A stretch of 64,000 nucleotides of DNA from Guillardia theta CCMP2712 (Eukaryota; Protista; Cryptophyta), in assembly GCF_000315625.1 (NCBI RefSeq), contig NW_005434479.1:19599-83598 (forward strand). Reading direction: 5' to 3'. Of the stretch, positions 22,440 to 35,270 are shown piece by piece. The translations under genes and the position numbers were made by a program. Each line of letters starts with the position of its first letter. Within the stretch, counting starts at the first letter, position 1. The notes below the pieces were generated by a model. The model saw only the letters and a list, made by a program, of their open reading frames with translations, was not told where the DNA came from and did not search any database.

Positions 22440-24864
22440 ATGCGAATGCTGATATCTATTCAGCTGAGGAATCAGCTAGTGCTGAATCCTCTGATCAGGA
22501 ACCAGTCCTCTCCAATCGGACTCTCGTGAATGTGCTGATGAACTCCAAAAATTTCAATTCTAGTCGCATTCCGATCTACAAAGGTTCTCCTACATGCTCG
22601 AGCACGATATCATCGAACCGTCCAACAGTGAGTTTGTCTTTCCTGTGCTTTTCAGTCGACGTCCCAACGATCCACGCTCCCCAACTGATCCCAAAAGCTA
22701 CCGTTTTTGCTGCGACCTTCGCCGCTTGAACCAAGTCGTCTTCAATCAGCAGACCGCCGCAACTCCTACAGTCGACGAGATCACGGTTGGAAAAGATCGC
22801 CGACATCGTCCGTCAAGGCCAGCAAGTCCTTCATGATCTGCCCAATACGTTCGCTCATATTGATGACATAGTAATCGCTACGTATTCGACCTGGGAAGCC
22901 CACGCCGATCATGTTCGAGCCGTGCTGACACGCTGTCGCGAACATCAGATTTTTCTCAAGAAAGAGAAAGCTCAATTCTTCCGTACCAGTGTTGACTTCT
23001 TAGTTTAGTTAGGCCACCGCGTCTCCGCCGACGGACGGTGACGACGCAACATTCCAAGACGGCGGCTATCTCCGCGTTGCCGCTACAAACGACTACCAAA
23101 CGCCCCGGCCTGACTGACCTTCTCCGCAAGGGCGCTCAGTTTCTGTGGACGGCAGCATGTCAAAGCGCGTTCGACAGCCTTTCTCGACTGCAGTCGCTCC
23201 TCATCACGAGCAACTCTCTCGCCCAGAGGACGGCTTCTTGCTCGCCTTCACCGTCAGCGCCTTGCAGCCTTTGTTGGACCCCTATTATCCAACGTCTCTG
23301 CGCCAAGTCTTTTGTAACTTCTTGTTTTACACAGATTCGTTGCGCCGCATTCGCCTGTGTATTCCGCAAGCCTTGCGTCGAGAAGTTCTCTTCCGCGCCC
23401 ATGACCTTCAGTCCCACCTCGATTGGCCCCAGCTTCGGAAAGACACCGAGCTCTACATCCTGTCACATGCCAGCATTGTCTTCAAGGGAAATCTTACCGT
23501 CAACGACCCATGGGCAAACCTCATTCCCATGCCGTTCCCTCGACACGCTTCGAAGTCGTCAGTCTCGACTTCAAGCTGACTGGCTCCCACGAACTCGAGA
23601 CAAGAACGATGCCAATCTTCTCTTCATTGACGAGTTCACAGGGTGAGTTTACACTCACCCCCTGCAAGAAATCGATCACCTCCAAACAAGGCTGCTCAAA
23701 AATTCATCATGCAAAACCGTCAAGTCCTTATCAGCGACAGCGCTGCCATCTTTTCGTCCAGCCTGATTCTGGAACGCGCTCTTCAAGATGCTAAACGTTC
23801 ACGTGAAGCATTCGTCGCCTTCTATGCCTCAAAGCAATGGTCGACCCGAGCGTATGAACTCCGTCGTCCTCGAAGCTCTACGTATCTACACCACGCAGTA
23901 TCTGGAGACTCACCTTAACTCAGCTGTCCGCCGTCCCATCGGTTTCAGCCCTTTCGAAGTCATGTTCGGCAAACATATCAGGACGCAACTTTCTCTGCCT
24001 TCACCTGACGATCATCAGCACGAGACCCTCGACTCCGACATTCGCGAAGCAACCGAGGTCAGCGCCGAAGCGAGCTGCTCTCGAAGCTGCAGCGCGTGCC
24101 ACCGAAGCTCGCCTTGCCCAAGTCCGTCGTCCCTGCCGCTATCAAGTTGGAGATCTGGCTTGGCTCTCAACCACCAACCTCAACATCCCCCTCGCTTCGT
24201 TGGTCCCTTCCGCATCCTGGAATTTGTTTCAGACAACACCGTTCGTCTCGACCTCTCTCCTCGCTTCGCATCGATCAGAAACACCGTCATCAACATCAAG
24301 TGGCTTCGTCCGCATACAGAGCGCGACCCTGCCTATCAAGATCCCCAGCGACCACCCGAACCTCTGGCCACCAGAGACGGCTTGGAATACGAGATCGAGA
24401 GCATCCTCAGCAAACGTCGTCGCGGTCGAGGTATTCAGTACCTTGTTAAGTGGACAGGCTATGATCAAGTCAGCGAGAACAATTGGCTTCCTGCTCGTGA
24501 ATTGCAGAAGAAATCAGGTCTCCGCGAACTCATTCGTCATCCAACGCGCTGGGCTCATCCGACTGGTTTGAAGTGGAACTTTAATTCCTGTCGTTCCTCT
24601 CCTCATGGTAAGAGCGAAGGTCAAGTTGGAACTGAGTTGTCTAGCGCAGGTGGGAGCCTAGCGATGTTGTATCAATGAGGATCCGGAAACACACGCCGAT
24701 ACTCGTCGGAGTCTGAATTTCCCCCACTTGCATGCACAGCGAGTGTGGTGGTTGTGCGTAGTTTACCTCCCAGTAAACTTAGAGACTTCTATCTTCTGCT
24801 TCTCTATCTTCTCCATCCTTACTTTACTCGTGTCGTTGACAATCTCTGTGTTGTGTATACAACA
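22440..24864 (+). mobile_element. Decayed Ty3/Gypsy chromovirus LTR retrotransposon (RT, integrase, chromodomain, 3' LTR)
   Basis: RT: PSNSEF...YRFCCDLRRLN, FAHIDDIVI, KAQFFRTSVDFL. Integrase: RLCIPQALRREVLFRAHD, RFEVVSLDF, PQSNGRPERMN, PRFVGPFRIL. Chromodomain: EYEIESILSKRRRGRGIQYLVKWTGY. Many frameshifts and deletions. Confidence 0.9.
24665..24864 (+). repeat. Putative 200-bp 3' LTR
   Basis: Bounded by an 8-bp perfect inverted repeat TGTTGTAT...ATACAACA (TG..CA) and preceded by a short purine-rich stretch; no 5' copy found in the window. Confidence 0.5.
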
Positions 24865-25073
24865 GACTTGGTTAATTTCAACATCGTCAAAACAGATAAC
24901 ATCGCGAGCGTCGCAACCGTCGAACCACTACGGACCGTATATTTTCAACCGCTACTAAACCGAATAGGCGTAATATCGCAGTGATCCACAATGATGGCTG
25001 ACCTGAACGTCCAAGTCACTCATGACCGTACGGTCCACCGTCAGTCCAAGTCCTTGCTAAAAAAAACAGGTGC

Positions 25074-25168
25074 GACCGTAACTTAATAAAGAACACGAGA
25101 CCGTAACTTAATAAAGAACACGAGACCGTAACTTAATAAAGAACACGAGGCCGTAACTTAATAAAGAA
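25074..25168. repeat. 25-bp tandem repeat (GACCGTAACTTAATAAAGAACACGA) x~4
   Basis: Seen directly. Confidence 0.9.
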
Positions 25169-25801
25169 AACTGACACGAGTTTTTGGTGGAAAGCTCCAT
25201 GCATTCACATTCTTCCGCGTATCCTGTACGATCTCGGACCTACAGCAGGTCACAGAGGGCTGATCGGCAGATCGGCAACGCCGAATAATGTTTTAAAGCG
25301 ACCAGCTGTAGGTCACTGCTGCTCGCTGTGATAGTAACGGCGGTACTAGGAGGGAGGAGATCACAACATAGTGTAATGTTACGCGTTGCTATCGGAAACA
25401 AGATGTGTATTGCCGTACTGTTTATTACTCATCGCCACTCAAGGGCCTCTTCCTCTGGGCTCGGGATTGCGCTTTAAAACATTATTCGGAGTTACCGATC
25501 GGTGGCACCACCCACCTCAGGGCTCACTGCAGGCGGGGGTAGTCATTACTACCGCAATCACTTCAAAAGGGAAGGAAGGGACCGGAAAAAGGCAGAGGAG
25601 CGGATGTACAACCCTGCAGGGAGGGCGGGAGGGAGGGAGGGAGGAGAGGGAGGGAGGGAGGAGAGGGAGGGAGGGAGGGAGGGAGGGAGGGGGGCAGGGG
25701 GAGGGAGGGAGGAAGGGAGGGAGGGAGGGAGGGAGGGAAGAGCAGAGCAAAGCAGGAGAGGGATGGACAATCTGCTGGATTGATGATATACACTCTTGCA
25801 G

Positions 25802-28800
25802 GAAACATGGAAAGCTTATTTTCATTGTCTGTACAACCTGCAAGAAAGAACTTGTTCAGAGATGATGAAGGGCGACTTGTATTTCTGAATTACGTTGTCA
25901 GGTGTCCTTGCATTTCTCTCTTCCTCGCGATCATGATTGCCCTTGCCGTGTCTATCATCCCTCTTGCTGCTTTCAGCGAGAATCCATTCACTGACGATCA
26001 AGCACAATATGTGTTGAATGACGTCAGATCGATCAAGTATGATACATTGCGACTCGCATCAGAAGCAGTTTCAGCGGATAGAAGCAAAGTCATGGTTGAA
26101 GTTGAGAAGACGCCTCTAAAGACCCAATCTGAGTCAGTCGGCATCTTCTACTGGATATATGAAGCCAAGACAGATCAAGGCATCTTCACAAGAGATGCAA
26201 TGATGGACATCCACAAGGCAGAGACAGAGATCATGAAAGATCCCCGTTACAAAGATTACTGCTTGAGAAGTTACGGTAACGCCACGATGTATGAGCAGAC
26301 AGAATGTGCACGTCCCTTGTCGGCGACTCTCATTTTCTTTGCGGAAGAATGGGATTCAGCGCTTGTGAAATCCGTCACTGACCGTCTCAAACAACCAGGA
26401 CTGGCCGAGTTGTACAAGAAGCTTGGTGATGACATTCATGTCTTGTCCTGTTCACTGACTCATTGTCTTGTAGCTCCATGCCTTGAGTTCTACAGTAACT
26501 GTGAGACGGCTCGCAAAGGTGTGTCAGTAGCGGACTATGCGGAGGCACAGAAACTCTCTGACGACATCACGGGCATCATGAAATGGTGGAATGGGAAGAA
26601 CACGGAAGTGGCTGGAGATGCAAAGTGAGTTGAATGCGTCTTTGAAGTTCCCTGACTTGACTGACATGATTTGCTTTCCAGAGAGATTGCACAGTTCTGT
26701 GCTCTTCTACGACAGTTTCCTACGAGACTACCTTACATCGACTTCTACTTTGATGGAGGCTTTACTTCAGAGAATCCGATCAGCATGTACTCACGCTCCT
26801 TGTACCAATGGGGGGGACCACTGAAGGGCTACACGCTCGTGGACGGAGAGCAAAAAGACAAACAGGATCAAGGTCTGTAAGCGAGATGACTGTTGAGAGA
26901 ATGACAACTAACTTGCCAGAGTTGAAGAAATGGATCGTAGACAATCATCTCAACGAAATCAACAAGGCAGCAAGCTCGAGCTACAGTAATCATGTAAATT
27001 TGTTCTACTTCATGTCCGCATTGATCTTCGATGTCTTCACACGGATCCTTGCCGCCGACGCAATGAACGCCTTGATGAGCCTCCTCATGGTCTTTTTCTA
27101 CGTCTGGTACATGACCGGCTCGGGCTTCCTCGCAATGATCGGCATGATCGAGATCATCCTCAGCCTCCCGACCGCCTGGTTCTTTGTGCGATTCATCTTC
27201 CAAATCAAATATTTCGGCGGGCTGAACATGCTGTGCATCTTCATTGTGTGCGCGATCGGAGCCGACGACATCTTCGTGTTCATGGACGCGTACAACCAGT
27301 CCAAGGTCAAGGGGAAGCATGTCAACAAGGACTTGGCCACGAGGATGAGCTGGGTCTACAGGAAGTCAGGACTCTCCATGTTCCTCACCTCTGCTACGAC
27401 TTGCGCTGCATTCCTCTGTTGCCTCTCCTCCCCCATCGCCGGCACTCAAAGTTTTGGCATTTTTGCGGCTCTTGTCATCCTTGCTGATTATCTCTATGTG
27501 ATGAGCATGTAGGTTTTGTTCACCTGCTGAGCTTCAGCTGGTGTGTGCTCTTCTCACATTTTCCTTGCAGATTTTGTACGGCTGTAGTCGTCTATCACGA
27601 TTATTTCGAAAAGCCGCCGTTGTGCCGGTTGGCAGGATGTTGTGGATGCTGCGTGAAAGATTGTTCAAGAATCAGACCACGCTCGACCGAACTTGCTCTT
27701 CAAAACAGCCACGAGGACGGGAGAGAATCTGAAGCAGAGGACAAGATCACTGTCTTCTTCTCCACTACCTTCTCCAACTTCATCTTGGACTACAGGTCGA
27801 GGATAGGGATTGCCATTGTCCTCATCGGATGGTTGATCCCTGCGCTTATCTACACGACCAAGTTGAAGCCCACGACCAGGACTGAGCAGTTCTTGAAGGA
27901 CAGTCATCCCCTGCAGCGTTCACTCTCCATTCTCGCCGACCAGTTTCCCACCTCCTCGCAAGACCGCGGGCTTGACGTGTTCTACGTGTGGGGCCTGGAG
28001 GACCTCAGCAGGAAGGGAGTGAACCAGCTGTTGGATGACAAGTTCCTCGGAGAGGCAACGTTCAATTCCTCCTGGAAATTTTCTCCTGCATGCCAGCAGA
28101 AGATCTTCGAAGTCTGCCTTCACATCTACAGTTCGCAAGACCTGAACGAGCTGATCAAGCTCAAAGACGATGCGACTCTGTCACATCGCTGCTTCCTCTC
28201 TGAGTGGAAGGAGGCAGTGGACAAGGAGAGCTGGGGAAACTCACAGGGATGGGTTGACACCGAGCAGGTGGACAAAAAGATGCAGCAGTTCTTGTCAATG
28301 TCGACGAGGCAGTCAACCAGCAACCAGCTCATGCTGGACTACTACAACGAGCTGGGAGCTGACCAGATTGGCTTTGATGGGAGGCAGCTGAGGTTTATAG
28401 CCATCTCTGTGGAGGCTAAACATCTCGACCAATGGAGCAATCCGTCAGAGAGCTTCACTCGCTCCTACTACGACCAATTCAGCCGGCTCGGCGACGAGTT
28501 CAACAAGATAGCCGAGGCAGAGTGCGGGGAGGTGACGATGACGGATATGGACAAGAGGTTCATCTTGATGAACAACCAGAAGATCTATCGCACCTCGGCC
28601 ATCCAAGGAGCGGGTATCGGGATTGCAATAGCCTTTGGCGTGCTTCTTCTGGCCACGCGGTCCCTTCTCATCTCCTTCTTTTCCTCTCTGTCCATCCTCG
28701 CGACCATGCTCTCCGTGATCGGCCTTACGACGATGATGGGATGGGAGCTCGGGACCATCGAGGCGATCTTGTTCTCCATCCTTGCAGGCTTCAGCGTGGA

Positions 28801-29310
28801 CTACGTCGTTCACTTGGCGCACTCATACGCAACATGCTGCGGAACGAGAGAAGAACGACTCCGCAAAGCCTTTACAGAGATGGGATCTCCTGTCTTCAGC
28901 GGTACCTCCATGTCTTGTTCCTCACTCCTCATGCTCCACATGCTGCTGATCCCAGAAACTCGTGCAGGCATGGTCACGTCAGTCATGGCTTCTATCCCTT
29001 TGTTCCAATGCCAAGTCGGTCAGTTGCCGCCAACTTGTTTGCTTCTCCTCCTCCTGCCTTCTTACTTGTTTCAGTTTTCTTCTCTGTGTTTGGCACCTTC
29101 TTGTGCTTCACTATCCTTTTCTCGTGGATATTCGCCAACTTTGGCTTCATGTGAGTTGAGTTGACTCCTACCCCTGTCATCCTTTTCAAACACTCACAAT
29201 GCGCATCTCGAAGGAGCATCATGGCCACTCTTGGCCCCGCCACAGCTGACAAGGAGGAGCAACCTGGCGCGGATCCAACAGTGGTGTTCTCATCAGAAGA
29301 AGTTGACTGA
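25802..29310 (+). CDS. Dispatched/Patched-like RND transporter with sterol-sensing domain, multi-exon (5' end uncertain)
   Basis: ORFs 25780-26628, 26808-27512 and 27545-29164 joined by short introns; TM4 AIGADDIFVF, MFLTSATT, second repeat GFSVDYVVHLAHSY, terminal SIMATLGP...EEVD*. Confidence 0.85.
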
Positions 29311-30093
29311 GATCAACAAGAATGCTGCAAAGTCTCGCAATTTGATGGACGAAAACGAAACATCACACACTTGTCACAAAACGAGCACTAAGTTGGTGCC
29401 GGGTTTGCTACTATCTTTTGCTTCCCACTTTTCAGTAAAAGAGGTTCACAATTGTTGTGCCCTGGAGCGCACTACTGGCACTACGCACGACCGCTGCGAG
29501 TAGCACTGAAGATCGGATTCTTCGTCGATCTTGCTGTCCGAGAGATGAGTTGTCGTCTGAAGTTTTCAACCCTTCCTTTCACACCGACTTGCTCCCTCTG
29601 ATCGAGCTGCTTGAGCGTCGGACTGGAACTCGTGCCGTGAAGGGAGTGCTGCCTGAGGAGGAGGAAGGGAGTGCTGCCTGAGGAGGTTGCTGATGTTACC
29701 GGTGGAACTCGAGAGCCGCGGGAGGAGTCACCGAGCCATCGCCGGGCCTCGCCAACTTAATCCGCACTAACTACCCTCTTTCTTGCTAGCAAAGGTCGCC
29801 GGTAGCGCACATGGACGATGAAAACCAGTGCGGTTACATGAACTTCTTAGAGAGAAAGTAGTAGATCGGACTCCGAGCCCGGGGTAGAACCTCGTAGCGA
29901 TGAGAGAGGGCCCGACCAATGACTTCGCTGACATGACGCAGGATGGACGATCACGGGGCTTCGGAGAATCTACAGGCCTTGAAGCACAGCAGGAAAGATG
30001 CCAAGGGTAGTCTTTCCTTGTACCCTATTGGCCGATCGGAGTGAGCACCCATGCTTCTTGGGAGCATCGCTCATAAAAATTAGCAGGGTCTAC

Positions 30094-30177
<84 letters not shown>
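30094..30177. repeat. (CTGT)n microsatellite
   Basis: Seen directly. Confidence 0.95.
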
Positions 30178-30178
<1 letters not shown>

Positions 30179-30592
30179 ACTCCCCTCTCTCAGTCTTCTT
30201 TTTTCTTCAGCTGTCTCCTCTCGAGCCTAGGAAACTCAACTTGCAGACAATCCATCAGGTACTGAGGCTGTTGTAACACTGAATCCGATGCCATGATCTC
30301 TCAAAGATGATGTGGTAATGATCCACGAGCGCAAGCAATTTCTGACGAAGCTCTTCTCGAATGTTGAGAAGAGGGGAAAAGGATCAGCACTAGTAGAGAT
30401 GGCGGCAATGGATGCAAGACGGGGGTAGGATCAGAGTCAAGGCTCCAAGGCAGAAACAAGAGGAGTTGCTTCCCTCTGGCGCCATGAAAACGCAGAAGAG
30501 CCGCCATCTCCCCTTGTCCAAGCAGAGCAGACAGAGCAGATAGACAGTCAGACAGTCCGACAGACAGGAGAGGAGAGGAGTGTCTCGTCACC

Positions 30593-31110
30593 ATGAACGA
30601 CCATCTACCTTCCCGGCCCTCAAGTGCATTCCTTCACAAAGGAATCATCTCCGATGGAAGTTCGGTTGTTGAGCATGATGATACGCGTTTGAGTGGTGGC
30701 ATCACCTCAGGGAACGATGAACCCAAGGCAACATCTTCAACACCTCCCGGAGAGAATTCTGATGAGATCCAATCAGAGTCAGTGATAAAGAGAGTGAGCA
30801 GTCTGAAGCATCGAGCTAGTCTTCTCCACCATTTGTCGGCGACGACTGTTTCCCGGTCGAGGTCTCCTTTGGAGGTCCCCGATGCGAACGTGCCTGTCAG
30901 GCCATGCTCTTCTCCTCCCACGAAGACCATCTTCTCCAGTGTCACTGGAGTCTTTGAGCCTGGTAAGTTCACCGCCATCATGGGATCAAGCGGAGCCGGC
31001 AAGACGACGCTTCTCAACGCCGTGGCTGGGGAGACAGCTGGTGGCAGCCTGTCGGGAGCTGTGCATTTCAATGGAGCCACAGTTGACACGGCAACGATCC
31101 GAAGGCAACA
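30593..31110 (+). pseudogene. Truncated ABCG-type transporter NBD fragment
   Basis: KTIFSSVTGVFEPGKFTAIMGSSGAGKTTLLNAVAG...SGAVHFNG (Walker A, ABCG-like context); no Q-loop, signature, Walker B or TM domain follows. Confidence 0.7.
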
Positions 31111-31479
31111 AGTGATTTCTGAGTTTCTGTTTGCACAACTCATCAGATCAGACCAAGGTTCAATATCACTATCAAAATTAATGTACTTGGATAAGATCAC
31201 CAGCTTGCTTTTTGCGGCAAAATTGTTTTTCCTACAGGGAAAAGCGATGAGATGCGGAGACAAACTTGCCATGCCTTGCAGACCTGATGGGTTCATTATC
31301 ACCTTTCCATCCTTTCCATCGCTCGTGATCCAACCAAGCAACAAGGAATTGGGAAAGTTGACGTGCTCCTATAAAAACCTTGCTGTGAGATCACGAGACC
31401 GAAAAGAAGTGCCAGACAATCTACATTGGCATCGGCATCACATGCAGAAATAAAACAAGGAGCAAGCAAGCGAATAAGT

Positions 31480-31537
<58 letters not shown>
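31480..31537. repeat. (GAAAAC)n microsatellite
   Basis: Seen directly. Confidence 0.95.
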
Positions 31538-31539
<2 letters not shown>

Positions 31540-32104
31540 AAAAGAAAGCAAAAAGAAAAGAATTCAATTCCGTTCTGCATGATCGAGTTGATATCACTAA
31601 CTTCGTCTCAGCAGATCGCAGGTAGATTTCACTCCCCTGAGCGAATTCTCCTCATTTCGCTACTCCTCCCCTTATTTCACAACAACCTTTGATTGATCTA
31701 GAATGTCGCGAGCCTCTTTTCAGTGAGAGGCAACACGAAATGTCAGCAACGTCACCTCTAGCGCTGACACCGCCATGATGCGCCGACTGCCAAAACAAAT
31801 GAATCGAACCATGCAAGCTGAATCATCCTCTTCAACATATTCAAACTCACGAGAAAGAATTCTTGGATACAGGTCGTTCAAGTCTGTCTGACTATCCTGC
31901 AGCAAGGAGGTTTCCGTTCAGTCTGCACTCTGACGTGGTCGAGATGAATCTACAGGATCGCAATCAGCCACAACCACTTTGATGTCTTTTTTGTTGGGTC
32001 CAATCTTCTTCCCAGGCTTTTCATATCTCAGTTACTGCCATAGTTTGACGTAAGAGAAAAGAACCTGACGATAAGCTTGGAGAGCTTGCTTGGGGTGGGG
32101 TGGT

Positions 32105-32945
32105 TTACGGAGGATAAAATTTTTTTTTCATCTCTTTATGTTTAAGGAGCTCCTTATCGTCGACCAAGTCCCTCCAATCCGTGGATGCCCTGTGGGCCTG
32201 GATCCTCTGCAGGGTGTCCTCCATGAGGTGATACAGGTCGTCCGCCTCGGAGGCGATGAACTTGGACTGCTCGTAGGCGGCATCGTCGTACACCAACAGC
32301 AGCGGCTTGAGGTCCTGCCCGCTGGGGGTGCCGCTCAGAACGCTGGCGTTGCAGCGGTAGGCGTCGAAGAGCTGGTACAGGTTGGTGTAGTTGGCGACGT
32401 AGGTCTTGAAGACAGACTCACAGGTGGACCTCCGGATCTCGCCCCACTCCTTGAGCTGCTTGGGGAGGGTGGATTTCGCCATGTTGTCGGAGAGGAGGAG
32501 CTCGACGGCATCCAGCCGGGAGAGCGACTTCCCGGATACCGTGCCCGACAGCATACCATGCGCAAGCCCGTGGATCTCATCGATGGCGGAGATGGCGTGG
32601 GAGACATCACCATCGCAGGAGGGGTCCATCTCCAGCAGCGTCTTGCAGCGCTCCCTGATCTTCAGCGCCTTCTCCGCACTCTGGACGACGAATCCCATGT
32701 CCTTCGGGCCCTCGGTTTCAAGATGCAGCCGAACAAATAAGTCCTCCACTGACTGCCTGACGGCGCTGCTGTCCATGATCTCGTCCAGCTTATCGAGCTC
32801 CTCGGTGTTGATGTCGTACTTGTCCAGCCAGGAGATCATGGAAGAGAGATTCAGCACCACGGCCTGCGAGCCTCTCCTTGCACCGCTTGATGTCGATGTC
32901 AGTCCTGACGAGATAATCGATGGTCTCGAGGTGCTTCTTCAGGTC
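32105..32945 (-). pseudogene. GC-rich helical-protein coding fragment, apparently truncated at both ends
   Basis: 251-aa ORF with strong GC3 bias. Its upstream continuation (EDLKKHLETIDYLVRTDIDIKRCKERL) is in another frame and is cut by the duplicated block at ~32945; the 3' end runs abruptly into AT-rich sequence. Confidence 0.5.
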
Positions 32946-33244
32946 TTCCAAGTGTGCCACTCGTCTCATTCATGCATCTTTGCCCTCCTTTCCCATTTGT
33001 CCTCATCACGATCCTACTCTTGCTGAATGACCTCGCGCACGAGAGAGCGCACTTCCACACCAAAGGATTCTTGTGAAGGCATGTAAGCTCCCCATGAATG
33101 ATGTAAATTGCCACTTGGGTGGGTTCAAGACCTGGAGTATTATAAAAAGAGAATCTGCTTTACAGCGCTTTGTTGACAGTGCCCAGGGAAATTGGCGTGA
33201 AGAGAGCAGGATCAACAATTCTTACAGCATTTAGTTCATATTAA

Positions 33245-35270
33245 TCTATCCAGAAGTCGATGGCGTTGAGGTTCATCGACATGATCTTTCCGTATGTGAG
33301 GGCCCTGACCTGCAGCGGCAGTGAGATCAAACATCCTCTGCCGGCCAGCCCCGACCTGTCCGTTCCGGCAGACGTGGATCGAGTACTGACAGAAGTGACC
33401 CTGAATGAGAGTGAGCACAGAGAGGAGGAGATGGCTTCCAGAACAACAATGATCTACAGAGAAAGGAACGAGGGGTGTGCTAGGAGGAGGAATGTGTGTA
33501 ACGACCTCTGCCGTGCAATAGCTTCCGTTGAAAATCAAGCGGTAGGGAGGCCACCTGAGGCATGGCTTGTCAAGAGCGTCTCGATCGAGATGTCTTGTGC
33601 TCACAAGCTGTCGGGCAGTGTGAGCATCAAAGCTCCCTCATGGTCTCCTCTTGGTGAACTTCCTGTGACTAGCCCGTTGAAGAGGCAGCGACGTCCTTCA
33701 CGCCTGGCGAACACAGGGCCGTAGACCTTAGCCATGATCAGCACAAGAAGAGGCCATGCGGGTGTAGAGCAAGCACCGGCTCGTTTGTCGCTTTGAAGCT
33801 GAGAGGTGCCAACACTCGTCAGGCTGGACAACAACGCTCGAGCTTCACTCACCCGTTCTGCAAGTTGAGCATATGCTGCTCATGGTCGCCCAGTAGAATT
33901 GATACCTGCCGTTCGAGCTGGAGGACGCGAGCTTCGAGAGACGTGTTCCTGCGCGCTGAAGTCAAGCGCCGACATCAATTCCTTCAGAGGATCGACCTCT
34001 CTGTCAGCTCGGCGTTGATGGCCTCTAGAGCTGACGCCCTTTCGGTGACTCTCATGTGGTCTTGTCTAAGGCGCAAGTCAGCTCCTCTCACCAGCAAGTC
34101 GCTCACCTCAAGTCAAGAATCATGTCCTGCAAACGACTTCCGTCCGCTACTGTCGTCACCTACACCCGCCCAGTGAGTTCTTGCGCTCCTTGATCAAACA
34201 CGTTTGGTTCACACGTCGGGGAGTTTGAAGTCATAGGTGCTCTCATCGAACTCGCTCCGTACGATCACAGAGACAAGGAGCGCCAGGTCGATGCCAGTGT
34301 TGCCAACCAGAGAGCAGCTTGATGCCGAGTCAGAGCTGAACTCTTGGATGTTGTCGTAAATTACCTCACAGACGCTGATTTGCTTTCCCCGGACAGCGCT
34401 TTGGTAAGGAGCTGGTACCTAACAGTAATTCAGACTTCGCGCCACAAGCATGAATATTAAAGCAAGTCATGCCGCTTACACGAATCTCAACGGTTTTCTC
34501 ACTATCCGAATGGCGTCAGCATCGCCATAGACGGCACGATACTCTCGTTTGGTCCACCTGCAAGGTTGTCACATCTGAGCCGAGAGAGTTCTGTGATAAT
34601 GCACCAGTTCTGTGCAAAGATCTGAATCATCCCGGGCTTGTACTGATCGCCTGGCCGATGCTCGAGATCGAATCGAAGTTGGCTACACATGCAGTCAGAA
34701 TCTGCTGTTGACCTATATGGTTTCACGCACGCACCCCGAAATGCCTTGAAATTCCTGGGGCTGAATCTGGGCCTTTTCTATGCCCGTCCCCTCATTGACT
34801 TCGGTAAGGATTGACTTCCTACACGTTCCTCTCCATCATTCTCAGTTGTAATGATGTGCAAAATCAAACCTGGGCCCATCCTTACTAGGGGAGGTCATGG
34901 GACGGCGGATGGGTTTGTTGTTTCCTCGGGGGGTTGGAATCATCTTCCATGATGCAGGAGGGACTCCCGAGCTCTTCATTGTCTATTCTACGCTGATGTG
35001 AGTGACTGTGTTGGTAACCCGATGACTCTGAAACGTCAGGGTGACGACCGGATTCTCGCTGCCACGGTTCAAGAAAGGTGCAGATCATTTGTAGAACTTT
35101 TCTCCCACGCCAGGCGCAGCATCCTCGAGGATCGAGCCATGAAGAGTGAAGCTTTCATCGTTGCACAAGCTAGTTAGTACGTCCCCTCACTCTCAAGCGG
35201 CTCAGTCTTCTTCGCGGCTGTGGCTGGCTGAATCACTCAGTTGACGGGGGCTGAGCGGATCATGGCAGCG
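33245..35270 (-). CDS. Multi-exon protein: unknown N-domain, coiled coil, C-terminal small beta-rich domain
   Basis: Spliced exons include LRFDLEHRPGDQYKPGMIQIFAQN, CSLVGNTGIDLALLVSVIV, RQDHMRVTERASALEAINAELTE|RNTSLEARVLQLERQVSILL, VYGPVFARREGRRCLFNGLVTG, WPPYRLIFNG, IHVCRNGQ|VRALTYGKIMSMNLNAIDFWID*; start approximate. Confidence 0.55.

Noticed and set aside
25074-25168. CRISPR- or iteron-like 25-bp repeats
   Set aside because: Contiguous tandem units without spacers; an ordinary minisatellite
20787-33953. Direct repeats as the LTRs of a giant cargo-carrying retrotransposon
   Set aside because: The repeat consists of intron-containing exons of a host gene that continues past copy 2; no TG..CA ends or target-site duplication seen
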